DNA of 64,000 nucleotides from the NCBI RefSeq assembly GCF_046105845.1, contig NZ_CP151004.1. One strand, 5' to 3'. Positions within the stretch are counted from its first letter, which is position 1. Every line of letters starts with the position of its first letter. The position numbers and the translations under genes were made by a program. This DNA is from Escherichia coli. Its GTDB lineage: Bacteria > Pseudomonadota > Gammaproteobacteria > Enterobacterales > Enterobacteriaceae. Under the pieces are notes generated by a model. That model searched no databases. It had not been told where the DNA came from and worked only from the letters and a program-made list of their open reading frames with translations. Below, in pieces: positions 10,214 through 21,939 of this stretch.

Positions 10214-11440
10214 ATGGGAATTAACGAAATCATCATGTACATCATGATGTTCTTTATGCTGATAGCTGCCGTAGACAGGATCCTGTCGCAGTTCGGTGGT
10301 TCTGCTCGTTTCCTCGGTAAGTTCGGTAAAAGTATCGAAGGATCAGGCGGGCAGTTTGAAGAAGGCTTTATGGCAATGGGCGCTCTGGGCCTGGCGATGG
10401 TCGGTATGACCGCGCTGGCACCGGTACTGGCTCACGTACTCGGGCCGGTAATTATCCCGGTTTACGAAATGCTCGGTGCAAACCCGTCAATGTTCGCCGG
10501 AACACTGCTGGCGTGCGATATGGGCGGGTTCTTCCTCGCCAAAGAGCTGGCGGGCGGCGACGTAGCAGCGTGGCTATACTCTGGGTTAATTCTCGGGTCG
10601 ATGATGGGGCCAACGATTGTGTTTTCCATTCCGGTGGCGCTCGGCATTATCGAACCTTCTGACCGTCGTTATCTGGCGCTCGGCGTGCTGGCGGGCATTG
10701 TGACCATTCCGATTGGCTGTATTGCTGGTGGTCTGGTTGCTATGTACTCCGGTGTGCAGATCAACGGTCAGCCGGTGGAATTCACCTTTGCGCTGATCCT
10801 GATGAACATGATCCCGGTACTTATCGTTGCGGTGCTGGTGGCGCTGGGGCTGAAATTCATCCCGGAAAAAATGATCAACGGCTTCCAGATCTTCGCCAAA
10901 TTCCTCGTTGCATTGATCACCCTCGGTCTTGCTGCCGCGGTAGTGAAATTCCTCCTTGGCTGGGAACTGATCCCCGGTCTGGATCCTATCTTTATGGCCC
11001 CTGGCGATAAACCCGGTGAAGTGATGCGCGCCATTGAAGTTATCGGTTCTATCTCCTGCGTTCTGTTAGGGGCGTACCCGATGGTACTGCTGCTGACTCG
11101 CTGGTTTGAAAAACCGCTGATGAGCGTCGGTAAAGTGCTGAATATGAACAACATCGCGGCAGCTGGCATGGTGGCAACGCTTGCCAACAATATCCCGATG
11201 TTCGGCATGATGAAGCAGATGGATACCCGCGGCAAAGTGATCAACTGTGCCTTCGCCGTTTCCGCTGCTTTCGCCCTGGGTGACCACTTAGGCTTCGCCG
11301 CTGCCAACATGAACGCCATGATTTTCCCGATGATTGTCGGCAAGTTGATCGGCGGCGTAACGGCGATTGGCGTGGCGATGATGCTGGTGCCAAAAGAAGA
11401 CGCGACCGCGGCCAAAACCGAAGTGGAGGCACAATCGTGA
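10214..11440 (+). CDS. eutH: EutH ethanolamine permease
   Basis: 408 aa polytopic membrane protein MGINEIIMYIMMFFMLIAAVD..; ATG at 10214 with ggag SD chosen over GTG at 10211. Confidence 0.9.
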   Translation: MGINEIIMYIMMFFMLIAAVDRILSQFGGSARFLGKFGKSIEGSGGQFEEGFMAMGALGLAMVGMTALAPVLAHVLGPVIIPVYEMLGANPSMFAGTLLACDMGGFFLAKELAGGDVAAWLYSGLILGSMMGPTIVFSIPVALGIIEPSDRRYLALGVLAGIVTIPIGCIAGGLVAMYSGVQINGQPVEFTFALILMNMIPVLIVAVLVALGLKFIPEKMINGFQIFAKFLVALITLGLAAAVVKFLLGWELIPGLDPIFMAPGDKPGEVMRAIEVIGSISCVLLGAYPMVLLLTRWFEKPLMSVGKVLNMNNIAAAGMVATLANNIPMFGMMKQMDTRGKVINCAFAVSAAFALGDHLGFAAANMNAMIFPMIVGKLIGGVTAIGVAMMLVPKEDATAAKTEVEAQS

Positions 11441-12840
11441 ACACTCGCCAGCTACTGAGCGTCGGTATCGATATCGGCACCACCACCACCCAGGTGATCT
11501 TCTCCCACCTGGAGCTGGTTAACCGTGCGGCGGTGTCGCAGGTGCCGCGCTACGAATTCATCAAACGCGAAATTAGCTGGCAAAGCCCGGTGTTCTTTAC
11601 CCCTGTCGATAAACAGGGTGGTTTAAAAGAAGCGGAACTGAAATCGCTGATTTTAGAGCAATATCAGGCTGCGGGCATTGCGCCGGAAAGCGTTGATTCT
11701 GGTGCCATCATCATCACCGGTGAAAGCGCGAAAACCCGCAACGCTCGCCCGGCGGTGATGACGCTCTCCCAGTCGCTGGGCGATTTTGTCGTCGCCAGCG
11801 CCGGGCCGCATCTCGAATCCGTGATCGCCGGTCACGGTGCCGGGGCGCAAACCCTTTCTGAACAACGGCTGTGTCGGGTCCTGAATATCGATATCGGCGG
11901 TGGCACCGCGAACTACGCCCTGTTCGATGCCGGAAAAATCAGCGGCACCGCCTGCCTCAACGTCGGCGGTCGCCTGCTGGAAACCGACAGCCAGGGGCGC
12001 GTGGTTTACGCTCATAAACCGGGGCAGATGATTGTGGATGAGTGCTTCGGTGCAGGCACTGACGCCCGTTCGCTGACCGGCGCGCAGCTGGTGCAGGTTA
12101 CCCGGCGGATGGCAGAACTGATTGTCGAAGTGATTGACGGAACGCTCTCGCCGCTCGCGCAGGCATTGATGCAAACCGGTTTGTTGCCCGCAGGTGTTAC
12201 GCCCGAAATCATTACGCTTTCTGGCGGCGTGGGCGAATGTTATCGCCACCAGCCCGCCGACCCGTTCTGTTTTGCCGATATCGGCCCGCTGCTGGCAACG
12301 GCGCTGCATGACCATCCGAGCCTGCGTGAGATGAACGTGCAGTTTCCGGCGCAAACCGTACGCGCCACGGTGATTGGCGCGGGTGCACATACCCTTTCGC
12401 TCTCTGGCAGCACAATCTGGCTGGAGGGCGTACAACTGCCGCTGCGCAATTTGCCGGTGGCGATCCCGATTGATGAAACGGATCTGGTGAGTGCCTGGCA
12501 ACAAGCGCTAATTCAACTGGATCTTTGCCCCAAAACTGACGCGTACGTGCTGGCGCTTCCCGCCTCGCTGCCTGTGCGTTACGCCGCGGTACTGACGGTC
12601 ATCAACGCGCTGGTCGATTTCGTCGCGCGTTTTCCGAATCCGCATCCCCTGCTGGTGGTGGCCGGGCAGGACTTTGGTAAAGCTCTGGGCATGTTGTTGC
12701 GCCCACAGCTACAACAACTCCCGTTGGCAGTCATTGACGAAGTGATTGTCCGCGCGGGGGACTATATCGACATTGGTACGCCTCTTTTTGGCCGATCGGT
12801 TGTGCCGGTGACGGTGAAATCACTCGCATTTCCTTCCTGA
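11437..12840 (+). CDS. eutA: EutA ethanolamine ammonia-lyase reactivase
   Basis: 467 aa; GTG start overlapping eutH stop; translation ..NTRQLLSVGIDIGTTTTQVIFS.. Confidence 0.9.
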   Translation: MNTRQLLSVGIDIGTTTTQVIFSHLELVNRAAVSQVPRYEFIKREISWQSPVFFTPVDKQGGLKEAELKSLILEQYQAAGIAPESVDSGAIIITGESAKTRNARPAVMTLSQSLGDFVVASAGPHLESVIAGHGAGAQTLSEQRLCRVLNIDIGGGTANYALFDAGKISGTACLNVGGRLLETDSQGRVVYAHKPGQMIVDECFGAGTDARSLTGAQLVQVTRRMAELIVEVIDGTLSPLAQALMQTGLLPAGVTPEIITLSGGVGECYRHQPADPFCFADIGPLLATALHDHPSLREMNVQFPAQTVRATVIGAGAHTLSLSGSTIWLEGVQLPLRNLPVAIPIDETDLVSAWQQALIQLDLCPKTDAYVLALPASLPVRYAAVLTVINALVDFVARFPNPHPLLVVAGQDFGKALGMLLRPQLQQLPLAVIDEVIVRAGDYIDIGTPLFGRSVVPVTVKSLAFPS

Positions 12841-12851
12841 GGGAACGACTT

Positions 12852-14213
12852 ATGAAACTAAAGACCACATTGTTCGGCAATGTATATCAGTTTAAGGATG
12901 TAAAAGAGGTGCTGGCTAAAGCCAACGAACTGCGTTCGGGGGATGTGCTGGCAGGCGTTGCAGCGGCAAGTTCACAGGAGCGCGTGGCGGCAAAGCAGGT
13001 GTTGTCGGAAATGACCGTAGCGGACATCCGCAATAATCCGGTGATTGCCTATGAAGATGACTGCGTGACGCGGCTGATTCAGGACGATGTTAACGAAACG
13101 GCCTACAACCAGATTAAAAACTGGAGCATCAGCGAACTGCGTGAGTATGTGCTAAGCGATGAAACCAGCGTGGACGACATTGCCTTTACCCGCAAAGGGC
13201 TGACCTCGGAAGTGGTCGCGGCGGTAGCGAAGATTTGCTCCAACGCGGACCTGATCTACGGCGCGAAGAAAATGCCGGTGATCAAAAAGGCCAATACCAC
13301 CATCGGTATTCCGGGCACCTTCAGCGCCCGCTTGCAGCCAAACGACACCCGTGACGACGTGCAAAGTATCGCCGCGCAAATCTACGAAGGGCTTTCCTTC
13401 GGGGTGGGCGATGCGGTGATCGGCGTTAACCCGGTGACTGACGACGTGGAAAACTTAAGCCGCGTGTTGGACACCATTTACGGCGTGATCGACAAATTCA
13501 ACATCCCAACTCAGGGCTGCGTGCTGGCGCACGTCACCACCCAGATTGAAGCGATCCGTCGTGGCGCACCAGGCGGGCTGATTTTCCAGAGTATCTGCGG
13601 CAGCGAAAAAGGGCTGAAAGAATTTGGCGTGGAGCTGGCGATGCTCGACGAAGCGCGCGCAGTGGGCGCAGAGTTCAATCGTATCGCCGGGGAAAACTGC
13701 CTCTACTTCGAAACCGGACAAGGTTCGGCGCTGTCTGCTGGCGCTAACTTCGGCGCAGACCAGGTGACGATGGAAGCGCGTAACTACGGGCTGGCGCGTC
13801 ATTACGATCCGTTTATCGTCAACACCGTGGTCGGCTTTATTGGGCCGGAGTATCTCTACAACGACCGCCAGATTATCCGTGCGGGCTTAGAAGATCACTT
13901 TATGGGTAAGCTGAGCGGCATCTCTATGGGCTGTGACTGCTGCTACACCAACCACGCTGACGCTGACCAGAACCTCAACGAAAACCTCATGATCCTGCTC
14001 GCCACCGCAGGCTGCAACTACATCATGGGGATGCCGCTGGGCGATGACATCATGCTCAACTATCAGACCACCGCATTCCACGACACTGCCACTGTGCGTC
14101 AGTTACTCAACCTGCGCCCGTCACCGGAGTTTGAACGCTGGCTGGAAAGCATGGGCATTATGGCAAACGGTCGCCTGACCAAACGGGCGGGCGATCCGTC
14201 ACTGTTCTTCTGA
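12852..14213 (+). CDS. eutB: Ethanolamine ammonia-lyase large subunit EutB
   Basis: 453 aa; begins 11 nt after eutA stop; recognised EutB translation. Confidence 0.95.
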   Translation: MKLKTTLFGNVYQFKDVKEVLAKANELRSGDVLAGVAAASSQERVAAKQVLSEMTVADIRNNPVIAYEDDCVTRLIQDDVNETAYNQIKNWSISELREYVLSDETSVDDIAFTRKGLTSEVVAAVAKICSNADLIYGAKKMPVIKKANTTIGIPGTFSARLQPNDTRDDVQSIAAQIYEGLSFGVGDAVIGVNPVTDDVENLSRVLDTIYGVIDKFNIPTQGCVLAHVTTQIEAIRRGAPGGLIFQSICGSEKGLKEFGVELAMLDEARAVGAEFNRIAGENCLYFETGQGSALSAGANFGADQVTMEARNYGLARHYDPFIVNTVVGFIGPEYLYNDRQIIRAGLEDHFMGKLSGISMGCDCCYTNHADADQNLNENLMILLATAGCNYIMGMPLGDDIMLNYQTTAFHDTATVRQLLNLRPSPEFERWLESMGIMANGRLTKRAGDPSLFF

Positions 14214-14233
14214 TGACGCGGAGATAACACATC

Positions 14234-15118
14234 ATGGATCAAAAACAGATTGAAGAAATTGTACGCAGCGTGATGGCGTCAATGGGACAAGCGGCCCCCG
14301 CGCCGTCAGAAGCAAAGTGCGCCACCACCTGTGCGGCACCGGTGACCTCGGAAAGCTGCGCGCTGGACTTAGGCTCTGCGGAAGCAAAAGCGTGGATTGG
14401 CGTTGAAAACCCGCATCGCGCAGACGTATTAACAGAACTGCGTCGCAGCACCGTGGCCCGCGTTTGTACCGGTCGTGCCGGTCCGCGTCCGCGTACCCAG
14501 GCGTTGCTGCGTTTCCTGGCCGATCACTCTCGTTCGAAAGATACCGTACTGAAAGAAGTGCCGGAAGAGTGGGTGAAAGCGCAGGGCTTGCTGGAAGTCC
14601 GCTCTGAAATTAGCGACAAAAATCTCTACCTGACTCGTCCGGATATGGGCCGCCGCCTGTGTGCAGAAGCTGTTGAAGCCCTGAAAGCACAGTGTGTTGC
14701 TAATCCGGACGTGCAGGTCGTTATTTCTGATGGCCTGTCAACTGATGCGATCACCGTGAACTACGAAGAGATCCTGCCACCGCTGATGGCGGGCCTGAAA
14801 CAGGCCGGGCTGAAAGTCGGTACGCCATTCTTTGTTCGTTATGGTCGCGTGAAGATTGAAGATCAGATCGGTGAGATCCTCGGCGCGAAAGTGGTGATCC
14901 TGCTGGTGGGGGAACGCCCGGGATTAGGGCAGTCAGAAAGTCTCTCCTGCTACGCCGTTTACTCGCCGCGTATGGCAACCACCGTTGAAGCCGATCGCAC
15001 CTGTATCTCTAACATTCACCAGGGCGGCACGCCGCCGGTTGAAGCCGCAGCCGTCATTGTGGATTTGGCGAAACGTATGCTGGAGCAGAAAGCATCCGGC
15101 ATCAACATGACCCGATAA
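14234..15118 (+). CDS. eutC: Ethanolamine ammonia-lyase small subunit EutC
   Basis: 294 aa; follows eutB. Confidence 0.93.
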   Translation: MDQKQIEEIVRSVMASMGQAAPAPSEAKCATTCAAPVTSESCALDLGSAEAKAWIGVENPHRADVLTELRRSTVARVCTGRAGPRPRTQALLRFLADHSRSKDTVLKEVPEEWVKAQGLLEVRSEISDKNLYLTRPDMGRRLCAEAVEALKAQCVANPDVQVVISDGLSTDAITVNYEEILPPLMAGLKQAGLKVGTPFFVRYGRVKIEDQIGEILGAKVVILLVGERPGLGQSESLSCYAVYSPRMATTVEADRTCISNIHQGGTPPVEAAAVIVDLAKRMLEQKASGINMTR

Positions 15119-15127
15119 GGAGGCATC

Positions 15128-15787
15128 ATGCCAGCTTTAGATTTGATTCGACCGTCGGTAACCGCCATGCGGGTGATTGCCTCCGTTAACGCCGAATTTG
15201 CGCGTGAACTGAAATTGCCGCCGCATATTCGTAGCCTTGGGCTGATTTCTGCCGACTCCGATGACGTAACCTACATTGCGGCTGACGAAGCGACCAAGCA
15301 GGCGATGGTCGAAGTGGTGTATGGCCGCTCGCTGTATGCGGGAGCTGCACACGGACCGTCACCGACTGCCGGTGAAGTGCTGATTATGCTCGGTGGGCCA
15401 AACCCGGCGGAAGTGCGTGCTGGTCTGGATGCGATGGTTGCGCATATTGAAAATGGCGCGGCTTTCCAGTGGGCTAATGATGCGCAAGATACGGCATTCC
15501 TGGCACATGTAGTTTCGCGTACCGGTTCTTATCTCTCATCAACCGCCGGGATCACGCTTGGCGATCCGATGGCGTATCTGGTGGCACCGCCGCTGGAAGC
15601 GACCTACGGCATTGATGCAGCCCTGAAATCTGCCGACGTACAGCTGGTGACCTATGTCCCGCCGCCGTCTGAAACCAACTACTCGGCAGCATTTTTAACC
15701 GGTAGCCAGGCCGCGTGTAAAGCAGCCTGTAACGCCTTTACCGATGCAGTGCTGGAAATCGCGCGTAATCCAATCCAGCGTGCGTAA
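15128..15787 (+). CDS. eutL: EutL microcompartment shell protein (tandem BMC domain)
   Basis: 219 aa; follows eutC. Confidence 0.92.
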   Translation: MPALDLIRPSVTAMRVIASVNAEFARELKLPPHIRSLGLISADSDDVTYIAADEATKQAMVEVVYGRSLYAGAAHGPSPTAGEVLIMLGGPNPAEVRAGLDAMVAHIENGAAFQWANDAQDTAFLAHVVSRTGSYLSSTAGITLGDPMAYLVAPPLEATYGIDAALKSADVQLVTYVPPPSETNYSAAFLTGSQAACKAACNAFTDAVLEIARNPIQRA

Positions 15788-15799
15788 CGGAGGTTGCCG

Positions 15800-16300
15800 A
15801 TGATCAATGCACTGGGATTGCTGGAAGTGGACGGCATGGTCGCCGCGATAGATGCAGCTGATGCCATGCTCAAAGCAGCTAACGTTCGTCTGCTCAGTCA
15901 CGAAGTGCTTGACCCTGGTCGCCTAACGCTGGTGGTGGAAGGCGATCTGGCGGCGTGTCGTGCGGCGCTGGACGCAGGTTGTGCTGCCGCGATGCGTACC
16001 GGGCGTGTCATCAGCCGTAAGGAGATCGGTCGGCCAGACGATGACACCCAGTGGCTGGTTACTGGCTTTAACCGCCAGCCGAAGCAACCCGTAAAGGAAC
16101 CCGACGCGCCAGTTATCGTCGCGGAATCTGCTGACGAGTTGTTGGCGCTGTTAACATCAGTACGTCAGGGAATGACGGCAGGAGAAGTGGCAGCCCACTT
16201 TGGCTGGCCGCTCGAAAAAGCCAGAAATGCGCTCGAACAGCTCTTTTCTGCCGGGACGTTACGTAAACGCAGTAGTCGTTATCGTCTCAAGCCCCATTAA
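15800..16300 (+). CDS. eutK: EutK microcompartment shell protein (BMC domain with C-terminal basic extension)
   Basis: 166 aa MINALGLLEVDGMVAAIDAADAMLKAANV..; ATG at 15800 with acggagg SD chosen over upstream TTG. Confidence 0.9.
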   Translation: MINALGLLEVDGMVAAIDAADAMLKAANVRLLSHEVLDPGRLTLVVEGDLAACRAALDAGCAAAMRTGRVISRKEIGRPDDDTQWLVTGFNRQPKQPVKEPDAPVIVAESADELLALLTSVRQGMTAGEVAAHFGWPLEKARNALEQLFSAGTLRKRSSRYRLKPH

Positions 16301-16345
16301 CCTGTCGGAGGTGCCGGGTGTCCTACAACACCCGGCATTAACATC

Positions 16346-17398
16346 ATGAAAAAGACCCGTACAGCCAATTTGCACCATCTTTATCATGAACCCTTACCCG
16401 AAAACCTGAAGCTCACGCCGAAGGTCGAAGTGGATAATGTTCATCAACGACAGACAACGGATGTCTATGAACATGCTTTGACGATTACCGCCTGGCAGCA
16501 GATTTACGATCAGCTGCATCCGGGCAAGTTTCATGGTGAATTTACGGAAATTCTACTCGATGATATTCAGGTTTTTCGTGAATACACCGGTCTGGCGCTG
16601 CGTCAGTCGTGCCTGGTCTGGCCGAACTCGTTCTGGTTTGGCATTCCGGCGACGCGCGGTGAGCAGGGATTTATCGGTTCGCAATGTTTGGGAAGCGCAG
16701 AAATTGCGACGCGCCCTGGCGGCACCGAGTTTGAATTAAGTACGCCGGACGATTACACGATCCTGGGCGTAGTGCTTTCTGAAGATGTCATCACCCGTCA
16801 GGCTAACTTTTTGCATAATCCGGATCGGGTATTACATATGCTGCGTAGCCAGTCGGCGCTGGAAGTGAAAGAACAGCATAAAGCCGCGCTGTGGGGCTTT
16901 GTCCAACAGGCGCTGGCGACATTTTGCGAGAACCCGGAAAATCTTCATCAGCCTGCTGTGCGTAAAGTGCTGGGGGATAATTTGCTAATGGCGATGGGGG
17001 CGATGCTGGAAGAAGCGCAGCCAATGGTGACGGCGGAAAGCATCAGTCATCAGAGTTACCGTAGATTACTTTCCCGCGCCCGTGAATATGTGCTGGAAAA
17101 TATGTCTGAGCCGGTGACGGTGCTGGACTTGTGTAATCAACTGCATGTCAGCCGCCGCACGCTACAAAACGCGTTTCACGCTATTTTAGGCATTGGCCCA
17201 AATGCGTGGCTGAAACGCATTCGCCTGAACGCCGTACGCCGCGAACTGATAAGCCCTTGGTCGCAAAGCACAACGGTAAAAGACGCAGCCATGCAGTGGG
17301 GATTCTGGCATCTGGGGCAATTCGCCACGGATTATCAGCAACTGTTTGCCGAGAAGCCGTCACTGACGCTGCATCAGCGGATGCGGGAATGGGGGTGA
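16346..17398 (+). CDS. eutR: EutR AraC-family transcriptional activator of the eut operon
   Basis: 350 aa with C-terminal AraC-type HTH; last gene of eut cluster. Confidence 0.92.
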   Translation: MKKTRTANLHHLYHEPLPENLKLTPKVEVDNVHQRQTTDVYEHALTITAWQQIYDQLHPGKFHGEFTEILLDDIQVFREYTGLALRQSCLVWPNSFWFGIPATRGEQGFIGSQCLGSAEIATRPGGTEFELSTPDDYTILGVVLSEDVITRQANFLHNPDRVLHMLRSQSALEVKEQHKAALWGFVQQALATFCENPENLHQPAVRKVLGDNLLMAMGAMLEEAQPMVTAESISHQSYRRLLSRAREYVLENMSEPVTVLDLCNQLHVSRRTLQNAFHAILGIGPNAWLKRIRLNAVRRELISPWSQSTTVKDAAMQWGFWHLGQFATDYQQLFAEKPSLTLHQRMREWG

Positions 17399-17403
17399 GG
17401 GAG

Positions 17404-18306
<903 letters not shown>

Positions 18307-19176
18307 TTACCGCTTTCTCGAGTGTGCTTTCTGGTTGTCAAACCAGTGAAAATAACTGATCACGCCTTCGGCAATCGCTGTGGCGATTTTCTGGCGAAAT
18401 GCCGCCGTGCCTAACAGCCGCTCTTCTTCCGGATTGGTGATAAACGAGGTTTCCACCAGCACCGAAGGAACCGACGGCGATTTCAACACCACAAACGCGG
18501 CTTGTTCGGTGTTGCGGCTGTGCAGTTTATGCACCGGCTTAATCTTTTTCAGAATATGCGAGCCAAGCGTCAGGCTGTTTTTAATAGTATCGGTTTGCAC
18601 CAGATCAAACAGCACTTGCTGCAATAGGTGATCCTTGTCAGTCGCCTTTTTACCAGCAACTTCATCGGCGCGGTTTTCGCGTTCAGACAGGTATTTCGCC
18701 ATTGCGCTACTTGCACCGCGGTTAGAGAGGGCAAATACCGAAGCACCGGCAGCTTTCGGGTTGGTAAAGCCGTCGGCATGAATTGACATAAACAGATCTG
18801 CGCCATGTTTATGGGCGATTTCAACGCGATCGTAAAGTGGGATAAACGTATCGCCAGAACGCGTTAAACGCGCATCAATGCCATGATTACGCAAAATGGA
18901 ACGGACGTTTTTAGCAATCGCCAGCACCACATGTTTTTCTTTCGAACCGTTGCGTCCGATCGCTCCGGTATCAATCCCTCCGTGGCCTGGATCGAGAACA
19001 ACGACACGTTTGCCGCCAGATTTTTTTGCTTTCGGCTTGCTGTGTCCGTTGCTGGTTTTTAAAGGTTCTTCTTTGGCGATGGCTTGCGACATTCCTGACA
19101 ACGTCAGCGCTGCAAGTCCTGCTTTCAGCACCTGGCGGCGCGAAGTGAGTGTTTTTAGTGGTTTAAAAGTGCTCAT
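18307..19176 (-). CDS. amiA: N-acetylmuramoyl-L-alanine amidase AmiA (Tat-exported)
   Basis: 289 aa; N-terminal twin-arginine signal TSRRQVLKAGLAALTLSG; directly upstream of hemF. Confidence 0.94.
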   Translation of the reverse strand: MSTFKPLKTLTSRRQVLKAGLAALTLSGMSQAIAKEEPLKTSNGHSKPKAKKSGGKRVVVLDPGHGGIDTGAIGRNGSKEKHVVLAIAKNVRSILRNHGIDARLTRSGDTFIPLYDRVEIAHKHGADLFMSIHADGFTNPKAAGASVFALSNRGASSAMAKYLSERENRADEVAGKKATDKDHLLQQVLFDLVQTDTIKNSLTLGSHILKKIKPVHKLHSRNTEQAAFVVLKSPSVPSVLVETSFITNPEEERLLGTAAFRQKIATAIAEGVISYFHWFDNQKAHSRKR

Positions 19177-19389
19177 ACGGCCTGAGTTGTAATAATAAAG
19201 TTCCAGATGTTATATCGTATCGCGTAATCCGTTACGACCGTTTGCTGTTGAGAATTGTTTTACTTTTCATTTCAATAGTTGACAACTCCCCATTATGCCA
19301 CTTTTTCAACCGATTTTCGTCAGATATTGGCTAATTCGACCGTTCACGCCATAATCAGCCTTTTAACCCGCAAAAAGGTAACGAATACC

Positions 19390-19815
19390 ATGGAGATACG
19401 CGTATTTCGCCAGGAAGATTTCGAAGAGGTCATCACCCTTTGGGAGCGTTGCGACTTGCTGCGTCCGTGGAACGATCCGGAAATGGACATCGAGCGTAAG
19501 ATGAACCATGACGTCAGTTTGTTTCTGGTCGCTGAGGTAAACGGTGAAGTGGTCGGCACGGTGATGGGCGGTTATGACGGGCATCGCGGGTCTGCTTATT
19601 ATCTTGGCGTGCATCCAGAGTTTCGTGGGCGTGGGATTGCCAATGCGTTGCTTAATCGGTTGGAGAAAAAGCTGATTGCTCGCGGCTGCCCGAAAATTCA
19701 GATCAACGTGCCGGAAGATAACGACATGGTGCTCGGAATGTATGAACGCCTGGGATATGAACACGCCGACGTGCTGAGTTTGGGTAAGCGTTTGATTGAA
19801 GATGAAGAGTACTGA
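19390..19815 (+). CDS. ypeA: GNAT-family N-acetyltransferase YpeA
   Basis: 141 aa [24 protein letters not shown]..; ORF-track N-terminal extension (19279) rejected. Confidence 0.9.
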
Positions 19816-20251
19816 GTTTCATCCTGTCCATTATGATGCGCACGGTCGCCTGCGTTTACCCTTGCTCTTCTGGCTTGTGCTATTGCTTCAGGCGCGAACC
19901 TGGGTGCTGTTTGTCATTGCCGGTGCGTCGCGCGAGCAGGGTACTGCACTGCTAAATCTGTTTTATCCCGATCACGATAATTTCTGGCTGGGGTTGATTC
20001 CCGGCATTCCGGCGGTGCTGGCGTTTTTGCTGAGTGGTCGGCGGGCTTCATTTCCCCGTATCTGGCATGTGCTCTATTTTCTGTTGCTGTTGGCGCAAGT
20101 GGTTTTACTTTGCTGGCAACCGTGGCTGTGGCTGAACGGTGAATCCGTTAGCGGTATCGGTCTGTCGCTGGTAGTGGCGGATATTGTGGCGTTAATCTGG
20201 CTGCTGACCAATCGACGTTTACGCGCTTGTTTTAATGAAGAAAAAGAATAA
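19802..20251 (+). CDS. yfeZ: Inner-membrane protein YfeZ
   Basis: 149 aa hydrophobic protein [30 protein letters not shown]..; overlaps ypeA 3' end by 14 nt. Confidence 0.88.
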
Positions 20252-20311
20252 CGGCACTTTTTGGTGAATTTGCACTCCAAGCAACGTTATTGAATAACCA
20301 AAGGAAGTGAC

Positions 20312-20887
20312 ATGAAATCGCTGCGTTTAATGTTATGCGCTATGCCGCTGATGCTGACCGGCTGTTCCACGATGTCGTCAGTTAACTGGTCTGCCGCTAA
20401 CCCGTGGAACTGGTTTGGGTCGTCCACCAAAGTGAGCGAGCAGGGCGTTGGTGAATTAACGGCGTCCACACCACTGCAAGAACAACCCATTGCCGATGCG
20501 CTTGATGGCGATTATCGCCTGCGCAGCGGAATGAAAACCGCGAACGGCAACGTGGTGCGCTTTTTTGAAGTGATGAAAGGCGACAACGTGGCGATGGTGA
20601 TTAACGGCGATCAGGGTACGATCAGCCGCATTGATGTGCTGGATAGCGATATTCCTGCTGACACCGGTGTTAAAATCGGTACACCGTTTAGCGACCTTTA
20701 CAGCAAAGCATTTGGCAATTGCCAAAAAGCTGATGGTGATGATAATCGTGCCGTCGAATGTAAAGCCGAAGGCAGTCAACATATTAGCTACCAGTTCAGC
20801 GGGGAATGGAGTGGTCCTGAAGGGTTAATGCCTTCGGACGATACCCTGAAAAACTGGAAAGTCAGTAAAATTATCTGGCGGCGTTAA
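20312..20887 (+). CDS. yfeY: Lipoprotein YfeY
   Basis: 191 aa; signal peptide with lipobox LTGC; aaggaag SD. Confidence 0.9.
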   Translation: MKSLRLMLCAMPLMLTGCSTMSSVNWSAANPWNWFGSSTKVSEQGVGELTASTPLQEQPIADALDGDYRLRSGMKTANGNVVRFFEVMKGDNVAMVINGDQGTISRIDVLDSDIPADTGVKIGTPFSDLYSKAFGNCQKADGDDNRAVECKAEGSQHISYQFSGEWSGPEGLMPSDDTLKNWKVSKIIWRR

Positions 20888-20898
20888 TTTGCGTCTGA

Positions 20899-21882
<984 letters not shown>

Positions 21883-21906
21883 GCGTTTCTGATTCGATGA
21901 TGAAAG

Positions 21907-21938
21907 GCCAGCCAGTAACATTACTGACTGGCTTTTTT
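21907..21938. terminator. Bidirectional rho-independent terminator between yfeX (+) and yfeW (-)
   Basis: gccagccagtaa..ttactgactggc hairpin flanked by A-rich and tttttt runs. Confidence 0.75.
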
Positions 21939-21939
21939 A

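Noticed and set aside
19279-19307. TTGACA hexamer at 19279-19284 in the amiA/ypeA divergent region as a candidate -35
   Set aside because: No acceptable -10 hexamer at 16-18 bp spacing on that strand.
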